From contig JALDZX010000081.1 of NCBI GenBank assembly GCA_022813865.1, forward strand, positions 47,084 through 67,083: DNA of 20,000 nt, read 5' to 3'. A program made the position numbers and the translations under genes. The notes under the pieces were generated by a model. The model ran no database searches, was not told the DNA's origin, and worked only from the letters and a program-made list of their open reading frames with translations. Shown one piece after another: positions 1 through 13,200 of this stretch (its first letter is position 1; every line of letters begins with the position of its first letter). The DNA is from Xylographa opegraphella. Its lineage: Eukaryota.

Positions 1-1029
1 CTTATGTGTTTCGGTTTGTCTAGGAAAATAAGAGCAAATCCTGCCCAGAATCCCCCAAACAAGCCTAGTAGACCCAGAATCCTTCGAACGAAGATGCTAG
101 GAGGAACAAGATTGCCAAGTGCTTTGGACCTTAAAAAACCCGGGAAAGCATCCCTCTCCATAGCTTGAAATGTGTAGTCTTTGGCCGCGTCGAAGACCTC
201 TGGATCATCTCGGCCATCTTCTTCGATGGAAGCAATTATGTCGTTGAGCATACCTTGTGGAAGGATAATCTCCCGTTCGGAACCAGGTAGAAGATACGTA
301 TAGAGAATGTTTTCAGCACTGACTCTCAAGTCCGCCCGTGCGACGGTATGAGCAGGCGAGTTTGAGTCTGTTATGCTATTCTGAAGACCATTGCTCATGA
401 AGCTAGCCCGGGGTAACCGTTCCGCGTTTGGCGCACGGTCTCCAGAACCACGAGCACCTGATTGCTCCGAGCCCAAGCTGCTATGTGGTGAATGTTGATT
501 ATTTCCCCCAATTTCTTGTCGCTCTTGTCGCAAATAGGCTGAGAGTTGTTGATTGCTGGTTTTGGTATCGTCCTTGTAAGTCGATGGTCCTGCTGGGTCA
601 TTGGGGTCTGTAAACTGGTCGAGAATCATCGATGAACGCTTCGAGCCTTTCTCAAGCTCTGGTGTCTCAATAAGCACCGAACGACGAAGTTCTCGAACGT
701 AGTGCCGGCATAGTGACATATGTTGGGTAACATCGAGCCTGGAGTCAAAGATTAGATCTGTCTTGATATGGTGACCAGCCTCCAGTTAGAGAAGAGTAGT
801 ATTACCAAAAATCGAGGTAGTCCACGGATCTTTGCTGATCGCGCATGTAAATGTAGAATGAGAACAAATCGACCGGTGCCATAGTCTGCCGTTGTAGGAC
901 TTCATTGAGTGTTGGTAGACGATTTCGCCTACGTTCGACATCTGGAGGCGGTGACGGCGAGCTTATCTGTGGTATCATTTGGCTCCTTCTGTTCGTTGTT
1001 TGACCTTGGCCATTCAGAGCTGTCGACAT
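1..1029 (-). CDS. RAX1: RGS-domain bud-site-selection protein Rax1/RgsB (3' end beyond left edge); exons 1029-806 and 738-<1
   Basis: ATG at 1029. Exon 1 encodes LPTLNEVLQRQTMAPVDLFSFYIYMRDQQRSVDYLDFW, the Rax1 N-terminal RGS signature. A GTAATA...CTCCAG intron at 805-739 (67 nt) joins it in frame to LDVTQHMSLCRHYVRELRRSVL...ILYTYLLPGSEREIILP...RDDPEVFDAAKDYTFQAMERDAFPGFL...GLLGLFGGFWAGFALIFLD, which stays open to position 1 and enters the transmembrane region. Confidence 0.93.
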
Positions 1030-1437
1030 TGTATCGATAGTTCGGGTGCGACCGTAGCTGGACTCCCGGAGAATTGCTGAATGATGGCCTTCTTGCAGTC
1101 AGTGGAAGACTGACTGTTTCTGATGCACGACGCGATCTGCACAGTCAAAATACTAGAGGTAGTGTGGTCTTGTGGATTCATCTACGGTAGGAACCAATCG
1201 TCTTGTTGATGAAGCAGAACCTGAACGGGTATCAAATTACCGGGATGTGGCTGACGTAGCGCGGATTCTGCGACATCACAAACGGGGCAATACATAACTT
1301 TATTTAGTCTCGACACGGTCCCCGGTTTCAAAAATCTGTGCTATGGCTAACGTAAAGACCATATGATACAGATTACATTGATCGTCATGAGGAAATTTTA
1401 GAAGGAGAAAGTGAGGTCAGCTCCTTTTCAATCCTCG

Positions 1438-2476
1438 TCATTCCCCTTCATCTCCCTCCCCTTCTTCTGGAATATACGCGACAAACCTAAAGTCCACAAA
1501 GCTGAACCGGTCGTCGTCCACTTCAATTATGAATTGAAGGCTTAAAACACCTTGGTCGTCACCACGAATACTAACTTTATTGGCCATTTCCATCGCCCTA
1601 CTAGCCCCTTTGATCAACGAGTACTTGTATGTATTCACAACTCTGCGCGGAACGTAAAAAGTCTCGAGTAATTGGGGGTCTTTGCTGAATTCAACTGTTG
1701 CGGAACCTAGTGGACCACTAGATGAAAGCGCGAAGTACGGAGCGACGGGAGATGCGACTATGGTCAGGCGCGTAGGCGATGTAGAAGACAGCTCTGTAAT
1801 AGCATCGTGAAGCCACCTTGCTTTCATTATAATTTTCTGTGATATAGCATCCGTTTGTAATGGGATATCCGCCCTCGGCTCAGGTTCGTAGGTCACGAGC
1901 TCACAAGTGGTAGTAACACCGGTCTCCTCAAGAACAATACAAAGTGGCTCACCAACGCCAGCGCAACTTAGCCGGCATAAGCCTGCCATATCAAGGACAC
2001 GGTTATCAAAGGCAGCAGCTGGTCCTCCTCTTGCCACAGAGCCAGTCACGCCACCATAAGTGGGATCCCGAGAAGACCAACGGTCTTTGAGGTCGTTTGA
2101 TACAAAGATTTGTAGAGTTTCTAATAAGGATGACAGGGAAATCTCTAGGACCAGTGGCTCTCCATCCTCCTCTTCAGGCTCTGCATCATCCTCGCTGGGC
2201 TCTGCAACCAGGGGATTGAAAGTGTAAGACGTGAATAGCGATTTGTCCAAGAACGCCTGACCTAAAAAAGAATAAGTGATATTGTTTCCCAGAAGGTAAG
2301 GCAGTCATACCTTGCATTACTCTGGACTCCTCGACGGTGAACCGTAATCCTATCTTGTTGATATGGACGTGGGCCCTTGGCGCGAAGTTAATACAGCGAA
2401 GTAGCTGGAATAATTGTCTGGTAGAACTCGAAACGGCATTAAATACAGGTGTGGAAGGATCGTTGCTCGAAGTCAT
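1438..2476 (-). CDS. RAD1: 9-1-1 checkpoint clamp subunit, Rad1/Rec1/Rad17 family (~329 aa); exons 2476-2311 and 2261-1438
   Basis: ATG at 2476 (MTSSNDPSTPVFNAVSSSTRQLFQLLRCINF...GLRFTVEESRVMQG). A GTATGA...TTTTAG intron at 2310-2262 (49 nt, weak branch site) gives the in-frame join VMQG|QAFLDKSLF. PCNA-like clamp motifs: LLETLQIF, GVTTTCELVTYEP, KIIMKARWLHDAITEL, KVSIRGDDQGVLSLQF, plus an acidic tail. Ortholog of S. pombe/human Rad1 and S. cerevisiae RAD17. Confidence 0.92.
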
Positions 2477-3490
2477 TGGGGCGGTCAATAAGACAATTGG
2501 CAAGTCTTAAGTAGTCGTAGTAGAGTTCAAGAGTCACTTTTTTCTGCATCCACGAGTTGTAAACTAAGCCAATAGGCCACCGGAAAACTCAGCTGAAGTA
2601 TTGTGAACGGTCAGTGCAGCCCAGCCGGATAGTAGAACTTGCAGTGCTTCAGTGTTTTAATTGCGACAATTTAGTATGCAATTTCAAACGGCTTCCACTT
2701 TCTGCTTTGAGATTCAAGTAGATGAAGAATTAGGTTGGTATCAATGTAATGTAATGTACAATATAAAAAGCGAAGAGTTCCCTAATTGTGCGCCTTAGAC
2801 ATAAACGCCGACAGCACAGATCATGTACACTGCTCCGAAGCTGGGCGGTATCAGTGATGTGCATTTACAGCGATTCTAGATTAAACATACCCAAAGGCCA
2901 GGGATGCCGGAAGCGCAAACACGGGAACACTTTTTAACGAACGATCTTTCATCATGTTAGCTCTTGGTACGAAGCTTGACAATCCAATTTGAGCCTACTC
3001 AATCCGAAAAGACCTGTCAGGATAAAGGCTGTAGCCAGTCAGTGAGTAATTGGTAAGTGACTAGCATCACAGCTCACCAGTGAAGAGTAGGATGAAGCCG
3101 ACGGTGAATTGTCTTTCCTTGCTGATAACAGGGTAGAATGGATTGCCTGCTGCTGCCTCCCAAACGTCGTTCAGAGACATTGATGTGATGACCAAAGCTT
3201 TGCGGAAGTGAGACTTAGATATGCAAGTTCTAGAAGAAACACCTGATAACTTACTCCGACTTCAAAGAGAGTAAGGTATGCTTGATATGGACAGCTTCTT
3301 CACGAACGTTGAAAGAGCTCAGGAACAAAACTTTAAGCTCAAATATTCTACAGTCTCTCATTGGTCGGCTACACGAGGTAGATCTCCCGCCGGTAAGGGC
3401 TAGCTTCGTCTTACTAGCCCCGAGTCTTAACGCCGTTTGACGTCTTCGGACACTGAGTCGCAAGTGGATGGGGATTAAGAATGCGCAGCA
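2477..3490. promoter_or_regulatory. Divergent intergenic/promoter region between RAD1 and GCN5
   Basis: Head-to-head gene orientation only; no specific binding sites could be supported. Confidence 0.45.
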
Positions 3491-4881
<1,391 letters not shown>

Positions 4882-6004
4882 AGTACGATCTTGGGAAACG
4901 GGTTTGGGGTAAGGAGTTGTTTGTCGTTTGTGACAATGACGGAGGCCACTCTCTCGGAAAGATACCATGATTATGGCTTATAAAAAGATGCTAAAATAGG
5001 AGTTGGCTATTCGAACACTTAGCTCTATTATTGAATGATGAGACGACTAGCTCGATTTGAAATATTACAACCCCTTTCTTGAGTACCTGAAATTGACCAC
5101 GTATATTGAATTAAATCCAATCGTGTCGATTAGGTATAAATATTCTGGTCATGTCCTTTCAAATTATTGTGCCCACCACGATATTTTGGGTTTGATAACA
5201 AACATAAGTACTGTAAGTCGACCTGCTTGATGAAAGTGGATGCAATAACCTTAATTCGTCAATCCCAAACCAAAGCTCAGAGCCTTAAAGGACCTCAAGT
5301 GGCACTGACTCTCCACCAAGGTTTTCGGCTTTTCCAAGCTATATTCACCATCCGTAGTCGCCCGATAGAACTCAGAGCAAATACTAGCAGAGACCTCATA
5401 GTCCAGTACCTATCCTCGTAGAGGCTGTTCACAAAGATCAGCTCATAAGTGCTCCAGATACTGAGGGACCTTTACAATGCCAGTGTTTTTTCATCATTGT
5501 CCTTGAATGGAAAATTTCACTCCCCCAGCTCTCGACTCTGTATTTCAAGATGTGTTAAGCTGCAACCCGCGCCATGCCACGGTCACCGATAGGCCAACAA
5601 AACCCACCAGCTGTTGACAACTCCACCTCTTCAGCACCCAACTTCGCGTCTGGAGGACTAGCCGACTGGTGCTCAGGGTATGAATGAACTCGAATGTTTC
5701 GGTTTATTGCATCCCTATCTTTGAACAGTGAGCAACGTTCACCTGAAGGGATCCCAGTTCTGTAGGACCCACTTCGAGATTGAATCGTGCATCACAGTCC
5801 TTGAAAGCGGCGACGATCACTGGAGAAGTCACCCCGGTATCCCCGACTGTGGATTCAGAGCACGTTGAATATCGACCTCTGCATCACGAAAAACACTACT
5901 GCTCTCACAAGAATGATCGCAGTGGCTTTTCATCGAGTGCAGAGGAGCCTTTACGATAACAGTGCAATTTCATCACTATCCATGTATCCCGACTTGGTTT
6001 GAAT

Positions 6005-6372
6005 TAGGCCGTCCCGAGCAAGTAACCTTGTTACGATATACAGCTGAACATGTCATGCTGCTGCCTTTTTGGCTATATCTGAGCTGTAGGCCACAGCTAG
6101 ATACGATGATAGACCGCCCCGAGTATGATCAGATACTACATTGAGCTTGCTGTTCGCACACTGCTGATTGACTCAGCTGATAGGCCGCTCCGAGGAGATA
6201 ATCTTGTTACGACTTGCAGCTTGACCCATTATGCTGCTGCTGCTGCTGCCTTCTTGATTGTTCATGTGCCAACGGATTTTTCTGAGCTGTGTTGTCACAG
6301 CCAGATACGATGATAGGCTGCTCCGAGTAGGATACCACGTTACGATATGCAGCTTGGCCCATTTTCTGCTGA
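6005..6372. repeat. Degenerate tandem repeat, four copies with dimeric higher-order structure
   Basis: Copies start at 6005 (taggccgtcccgagc), 6110 (tagaccgccccgagt), 6181 (taggccgctccgagg) and 6314 (taggctgctccgagt). Three continue gttacga..cagct...ctgctg. The linker tctgagctgt..cacagcYagatacgatga occurs twice (~6078-6109 and ~6281-6313). Confidence 0.75.
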
Positions 6373-7168
6373 CGTTTTGGTTTGTTCCCACGCCAAATTT
6401 TCTCCGAAATAGATCCCACAGGCAAATGTGATGAAAGCCCGCTCCGAGCATATGTTCATATAGCTTGGACAAGAAATCACGCTTGCAAACCATTCACAAG
6501 CTGCTTGATAACTGAGGCCACCCCTAAGGTTCGAAAAATGTGTATAATACAGCTGCAATGAATCTGAATCCCATGATATTGGTGTCAAAGTCTAGGTTGT
6601 CTGTGTTTCTGGCCGCGATCGCTAGAACACCAGCAAGGCGGCTGTGTTCCAGTGCAAGAGATTCTGAGCTATCAACATCGATCTTGTACATCTCCTTCCA
6701 CGCTCTGGCCGTCGCAAGACGATGACCGATGATGCTCGGGAGTGTTAAGAGTGAACTTAAATGTTGATGCTTTTTCATCACTGTCCCCAGCAATTTCAAC
6801 ACTTCAAGAATAAAGGACCCCTCAAGTCGACCTTGTCAGCTCTCAACTTTAGGCCAATCTGCCCGGGCTGACCTTTTAAGGTTCGCCCTTTCAGAATCGA
6901 TCTTATGTTCAGCTTTTCAAAGACGATCATGAGGTTTCCACCTTTCAGTGTTATTCTCTTAACTCAGGTGTCTCAGGTCATCATCAAATCCTGGCAAGAG
7001 ACTCAAAAGCAAGCCATTATCGACCCCATCTACCATTGCTTTAGCTGCCACAAAGGGAAAGCTCTCAAGCTTGGACGATTTGAATGACAAATAGGCAGTA
7101 GGTTTTTATCACTGTCTCTGCTTATGGATATCATGAATGTGTGAGGAGTATCCGGACAAAGGATACAT
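6173..7168 (-). pseudogene. Possible decayed gene of unknown family
   Basis: Track ORFs 6524-6802 and 6173-6493 are in the same minus frame, which extends to ATG 7168 with 7 internal stops in 332 codons. TATATAAA lies upstream on the minus strand (7230-7223). No recognisable domain. Confidence 0.25.
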
Positions 7169-7314
7169 TTTGTGGATACCACCAGGTCTTGAGAAGAAGG
7201 TTTCATGTCAACTAGAAGACAATTTATATAGTGATAAAGAACTGTGCAGTTGCTAGTAGAAGTAAAGAAGCAATGCTATCTTTTCAACTGATATGTTTGT
7301 GGCTGCGAACTTTG

Positions 7315-7528
7315 GTTTGTAGAGAGAGTTTGTAGAGAGAGTTTGTAGAGAGAGTTTGTAGAGAGAGTTTGTAGAGAGNNNNNNNNNNNNNNNNNNNNNN
7401 NNNNNNNNNNNNNNNNNNNNNNNNNNNNNNNNNNNNNNNNNNNNNNNNNNNNNNNNNNNNNNNNAGAGTTTGTAGAGAGAGTTTGTAGAGAGAGTTTGTA
7501 GAGAGAGTTTGTAGAGAGAGTTTGTAGA
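7315..7528. repeat. 13-bp minisatellite (GTTTGTAGAGAGA)n spanning an assembly gap
   Basis: About 5 perfect units on each side of the N run. Confidence 0.95.
7379..7464. other. Assembly gap (86 N)
   Basis: Run of N inside the minisatellite. Confidence 0.99.
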
Positions 7529-7798
7529 AGAAGTTTTTTAGAGAGGAAGAGGACTGGAAGAAGTTTGAAGAACATCCACGCTAGCTGTGAGTCATACTCC
7601 ACATTAACTTTAGGTATGTGTCAATGCTCCTATGTGAATAGGCCGAGGAAATGAAAAGGGAATTACCTTAGCCAGTAGCAGGAGATAGTCGAGCACGAGG
7701 CATGTGAATGATGAGAGGAGTTGCGACCACAAGCACTTCAGATGCTGGTAGTCAACACACCAGGTGATATTGCTTGTTTCACCAAGTCTAGCTGCAGT

Positions 7799-8713
7799 CT
7801 ATCCTCCTAATCTCTTACCCAGACCCGAGAAACCACCGAATCTTCCACCACGTTTCGCGTTCCTCTGTCCACCTCGCCCGAAAGCTTCATCTAAATCCAT
7901 GGCTTCACCGCGATCGGGTTCTATGCCACCTGAGTTCTCGCCATCACCCGCTCCTCTCTTGCCTGCCAACTTGTTCCGCGAGTCCTTTGTGATTTCATCA
8001 TTCAAAGCTTTGTCAAACATTGCTTCTTGTTCGTGTTCTCGTCTCCTCCTCTCTGCCGCCTTGGACCGGATTTCGCCAACTTGCCCTTCAATCTCTGAGA
8101 GCACTCCTGCGCATCTTCCATTCCAATCCTCAAGTATCGCTATCAGTTGCGGCACACTGTTTGGCTTGAGGTCTCGTAGAGGCGAAACTGAAGAGACATC
8201 GACACATTGAGCAAGTGTGTCTAGTTTGGCTGTAATGAGTCCTGCGTAGATGTTGCTGATCACGAGATCTTCCAGGGCGCGCGTGTTGGGCAGGTCTAGA
8301 GCAGATAGAAGGTATGGATACGTGAGAGTAGCATGTGAGGATGACAGGGATAATAGTGATAGTTGCCGCAGCTTCAACGACTGCGGTTCTGAGAGTTGCG
8401 GAAGCTCAGGTGATGCTAATGTCCGTTATTATCATGAAAAGTATAATCTGAATTGAGAAAACTGACAAGTGTATTCTGCCCAGGTACCCCATGAGAAAAT
8501 CTCCAGTAAAGTAAAAAAGCGTGAATACTCCGGGGCTGCTGTTCGTAAGGACTGGATGTTGGGAGTTTGGAGCAGCTCAGCGAAGACATAGGTATTGGGG
8601 TTCGATGTAGCTTGAGTGATGAGATCGGCAGCGGCGCGAGGTGAGGTAGCCGACTTGGAGAGGAGCGTGTATTGCTCGAGTGCATTAAGAGCTTTCTGCT
8701 GTGCATTATCCAT
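7799..8713 (-). CDS. CSN7: COP9 signalosome subunit 7 (PCI domain; CsnG/AcoB-like, ~287 aa); exons 8713-8467 and 8415-7799
   Basis: MDNAQQKALNALEQYTLLSKSATSPRAAADLITQATSNPNTYVFAELL...LLEIFSWGTW. A GTCAGT...ATAAC...TAG intron at 8466-8416 (51 nt) joins it to PQLSEPQSLKLRQLSLLSL...LEDLVISNIYAGLITAKLD...SPLRDL, the CSN7/eIF3m PCI signature, followed by a coiled-coil and G/R-rich tail. Confidence 0.92.
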
Positions 8714-10260
8714 GGTGATGTTGTTGTTGACGAAGGGGGAGGAATGCTATGTATGGGTTGGGGTTTGTTCTTGCACCAAGTCCAGCTTCGGTGCTCTATC
8801 AGCTTTGACGCAGGTTTCACTCAATCGCAGCAGGAGAGACTTGACTCAAGTATCGATTGAGAGCATGTCAACACCCGGTGTGAAGCACCTCCGGAGTAGT
8901 ATCCCTACGAAACGTCGTTATCGATAATGTGCAGGGGTATCCTACACAGGCGTGGGGGCTCCCGCCCCTAACACGGGCTGCACCAGTCACCCATGGCTGC
9001 AAGCAAGTCCTAATGGTCTACTAGAATAAGCTGGCCAATAAGTAAAACCTGTACGAACCAAGTATACAATACCGTCCATTCGTCGCTGGGACTGCCGATA
9101 ATCAATAGGAGAACACCCATCAGCCCGTGCTCGAATACTTCCATGCAAATTAACGCCTGTACCCCGATAGCCGGTTTCAAGCTTCCTGCTTGCGATTCCG
9201 ACGGTCTCGACCAGTACAATGACCACTCGCTAGTATGAGGCCTCAACCAAGTTCGAAATCCCGGCCAAATGTAAATGGTGTACCACCCCTCAAAGGGTGT
9301 CAATCTGAAGTTGCTAGCAAAGCTGCCTCGTTTGTGAAGGAGCATAAGCGCTAACTAGTTGGAAGAAGACGCAGCACGTTCGGAGTCTCGTTCCGGAGAT
9401 GGTTGCATTCAGCAAGAGTTTCCCGAGCGGCGAAAGATCAATTCCACGTGGGGTGAACCGGGAAAGAGATTAGGTTCTAAGACTAGTACTCACTGCTCAC
9501 AGCACTCGAGCTGGAACAGAATGCTGTCTGAACAACTTCAGCAGGGAAGCGGGGCGAGAGCAACTGTGGCACATGCTTAGTACGCCGGAACGTATCGTAT
9601 CCACCATGCAAGTCATGAGATACCAATGCAAGGCAGGTATCACCAGCTGCAGATCAACACGGTATTCACTGACTGTCACGTTGGTCGCATGTCGTGTACG
9701 AGGTAACACTTGTCCAGGCGTGGAGATCGAGTCTACCTTACCTTAAGGTCTCGCAGGCGCTGTGAGATTAGTCGGGCTCTCTTCATCAGCCCACGAAGGC
9801 TGCAATTCTGCTACGCCACAGGCCCATGTTCAGGCTGATAGTCTAGTCCACATGTGGTAAGATACACCTGTTATGCCGAATTGCTCAGCTATCCTAAGGC
9901 GGAATAGCGTGACGGCACGGGAAGCCACGGGCACCGACTTCACCGAGGCGGCAATTCCATGGCCTCGGGCTCATCTTATCTTACCCATCGTCTGACAAAG
10001 CCCCCCAGTAACAAGACTTATTTATTACTGCAGAAGAGCTGGCCTTCTTCCTTCTTCCTATGTCCATACTGTCGAACAATGGATCGATTCATGCCTTGAT
10101 TCTGTCACCAATTTCTTTGTCCACATAGCGTTCGCTGATACGCGTTAAACTCTGATGGCCAATTCAGCGCCCTCACGAAGGATCCTCCTCAAACCATAAC
10201 ACCACATTCACGACGGCTGGTACCTCGTTGAGAAAAAATTCTCGCTTTTCGACTTCCAAG
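8714..10260. promoter_or_regulatory. Divergent intergenic/promoter region between CSN7 and CCC2
   Basis: Head-to-head orientation; no convincing coding sequence. Confidence 0.4.
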
Positions 10261-13200
10261 ATGTCTCCGCAGAATCCATTGACTGCTCACGTTGCTACCA
10301 CGACGCTGCGGGTCGAGGGTATGACTTGTGGCGCATGCACGTCCGCTGTAGAGAGCGCATTCAAAGGCGTGGACGGCGCTGGCGAGGTTTCCGTCAGCTT
10401 GGTCATGGAAAGAGTAGTAATCCATCACGATCCGCAATTGCTGTCAGCGGATCAGGTAAAAGAGATAATAGAGGATCGGGGCTTCGATGCCGAGGTCTTG
10501 TCGACAGATATAATACCAGAGCCGATTAATGATCTGACGGATGAATCGCTCCACGAATCCGACGAGGACGGGTCGCTAGAACCTCAGATCTCAACGACTA
10601 CGTTGTCAGTCGAGGGAATGACATGTGGTGCTTGCACTTCTGCTGTCGAAGGTGGCTTCAAAGACGTTCCCGGCATAATGTCCGTCAGCGTATCACTACT
10701 TTCAGAACGAGCCGTTGTCGAGCACGATGCATTGGTTATAACACCAGCGGCCATCGCACAAATCATAGAGGACCGAGGTTTCGATGCAAAGGTACTAGAG
10801 ACAAAAACTTTGGAAAGTAGAACGTCGCAAGCAATGAAACAGCGGAGGAAGGAAAAGGCACCAAATACCGTCACCACTACTACTGTCTCTGTGGAGGGTA
10901 TGACTTGTGGTGCATGCACGTCCGCTGTTGAAAGTGGGTTTAAGGATCTCGCTGGCTTACTGCAATTCAATATCAGCTTGCTCGCTGAGCGGGCGGTCGT
11001 CGTCCATGATATCACGAAGCTAGCGCCAGATCAGATTGTGGAGATCATAGAGGATAGGGGCTTTGATGCTAAGGTCCTGTCTTCAAATGCGGGTGGAACA
11101 GAGTTCTCAACGACATCAGCAGCTGTTCAGCTCAAACTCTTTGGTCTTCGAGATGCGGCTTCCGCAACGACTCTCCAGACTTCCCTAAGCCAACTGCTAG
11201 GAGTCAAGTCATGCACAATCAACTATGCCACCGCCCGAGCAAACGTTTCGTACAATCCTACAGTGCTTGGACTACGTGCTTTGGTTGAAGCTATCGAAAC
11301 CCTTGGTCTCAATGCGCTCGTGGCAGAATCGGAAGATAATAGTGCTCAACTGGAATCCCTTGCGAAGACGCGTGAGATCCAAGAATGGCGGAGGAACTTC
11401 TGGAGAGCGCTCTCGTTTGCCATTCCGGTCTTTTTGATAAATATGGTCATCCCGTTATATACCCCTGCACTGGATTTTGGCTGTTTCGTGTTGATACCTG
11501 GACTCTACCTCGGTGATGTTGTTTGCCTTTTACTCACGATACCGGTACAGTTTGGTATCGGATGGCGCTTTTACATATCTGCCTACAAATCCATAAAGCA
11601 TAAATCTCCGACCATGGATGTACTTGTCGTTCTCGGTACTTCGGCTGCATTCTTTTTCAGTTTGGCTGCCATGACTGTTTCGATCATTTCATCGACACAT
11701 ACAAAACCGAGCACTGTATTCGACACAAGTACTATGCTCATCACATTCATTACACTCGGTCGCTACCTTGAGAATCGAGCCAAAGGTCAAACCTCAAAAG
11801 CTCTGTCCAGACTTATGTCACTGGCGCCTTCGATGGCAACGATATACGCCGATCCTATTGCTGCAGTGAAGGCTGCAGAATCATGGGAAAGTAGCATTGT
11901 CCCGGAGAAGAAAGAAAGCCATGACATTGGCGCAACAAACAATGCGGCGGAAGAGAGGGTCATCCCGACAGAACTAATCGAGCTCGGAGACGTCGTCATA
12001 CTACGCCCTGGCGACAAAATCCCCGCGGATGGCACCGTGACTCGCGGTCAAAGTCATGTGGACGAGAGTATGGTTACTGGTGAAGCTATGCCGATTATGA
12101 AGTCCAAAGGAAGCCTGCTTATGGCAGGGACTGTAAATGGTGCCGGTAGGCTCGACTTCAAAGTCACACGAGCCGGAAAAGACACACAATTAAGCCAAAT
12201 CGTTAAACTGGTGCAAGAAGCACAGACGAGCAGAGCGCCGATTCAGCGTATAGCTGATAAGGTGGCTGGCTATTTTGTACCCATAATCATTGCCTTGGGC
12301 GTATTCACCTTCACCACCTGGATGATCCTGAGTCATGCTCTCTCGTATCCTCCAAAAGTCTTTCTCCAACCCGAAAGTGGTGGAAGATTAATGGTATGTG
12401 TCAAGCTTTGCATATCGGTCATCGTCTTCGCTTGCCCATGCGCTCTTGGGCTTAGTACACCCACTGCTGTTATGGTAGGTACTGGGGTCGGTGCTCTCAA
12501 TGGTATTCTCGTCAAAGGTGGCGCAGCTCTAGAGACTGCGACGAAGATCACTCATGTTGTCTTCGACAAGACTGGGACACTCACCATTGGCAAGATGAGC
12601 GTTTCAGAGAATAGACTTGAGGGTACTTGGGGAAACAGCGAATGGCGTCGTCGTCTCTGGTGGACTCTAATAGGACTGGCGGAAATGGGGAGTGAGCACC
12701 CTATTGGTAAAGCTATCGTCAACGCAGCGAAGGAAGAGCTAGGTATCGGCAGTGATGGCATGATCGATGGTAGCATTGGTGATTTCCGGGCCGTCGTCGG
12801 CCAAGGCATCTCCGCTGTCGTGGAACCAACCTCCTCCGCTCAGCGGGAACGATATCATGTCCATATAGGCAACGCTTCTTACCTCCAGTCACAAGGGATA
12901 ACTCTTCCAGTCAACATCACCCCTAGCCGCAAGAACTCCTCCCTTACCCTCAACGGAGTCTCCTTTGCCGGTGCCACCCAAATCTATACCGCCATCAACT
13001 CGACTTTCAGCGGCAGCCTCTCCTTGTCCGACACCCTCAAACCCACGGCACGTGCAACTATCCTCGCTCTTTCTCGCATGGGCATGTCTTCCTCCCTGGT
13101 CACCGGCGACCAACTTCCTACCGCCACGCATATCGCTGCCCTGGTCGGCATTGCGACCCCTAACGTCCACGCCGGTGTCTCACCCGATCAGAAACAAGCT

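Noticed and set aside
3185..3246. Box C (GTGATGA) and box D (CTGA) pair suggesting a C/D snoRNA
   Set aside because: No terminal stem, short span, and no rRNA/snRNA complementarity I could recognise.
6005..6470. CRISPR-like appearance of the repeat-spacer array
   Set aside because: Eukaryotic context, degenerate repeats, irregular spacing, spacers that are related to each other, and no cas genes.
7276..7602. 108-aa ORF with repeated SLQTLSTNSLYKL
   Set aside because: Translation artefact of the 13-bp minisatellite and the N gap.
8987..9709. Short ORFs between CSN7 and CCC2 (e.g. 9010-9345, 111 aa)
   Set aside because: No motifs or splice structure linking them, and atypical composition.
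9830..9990. GATA-like sites, a near-CuRE (ATTGCTCA) and an imperfect hairpin upstream of CCC2
   Set aside because: None matches the full SreA or Mac1 consensus; their frequency is compatible with chance.
10228..10260. N-terminal extension of CCC2 in the ORF track
   Set aside because: It begins at a TTG; the first ATG (10261) sits just before HMA domain 1.
11125..11330. Fourth HMA-like domain of CCC2 lacking CxxC
   Set aside because: To my knowledge a degenerate membrane-proximal HMA is usual in filamentous ascomycete Ccc2 orthologs, so it is not evidence of novelty.
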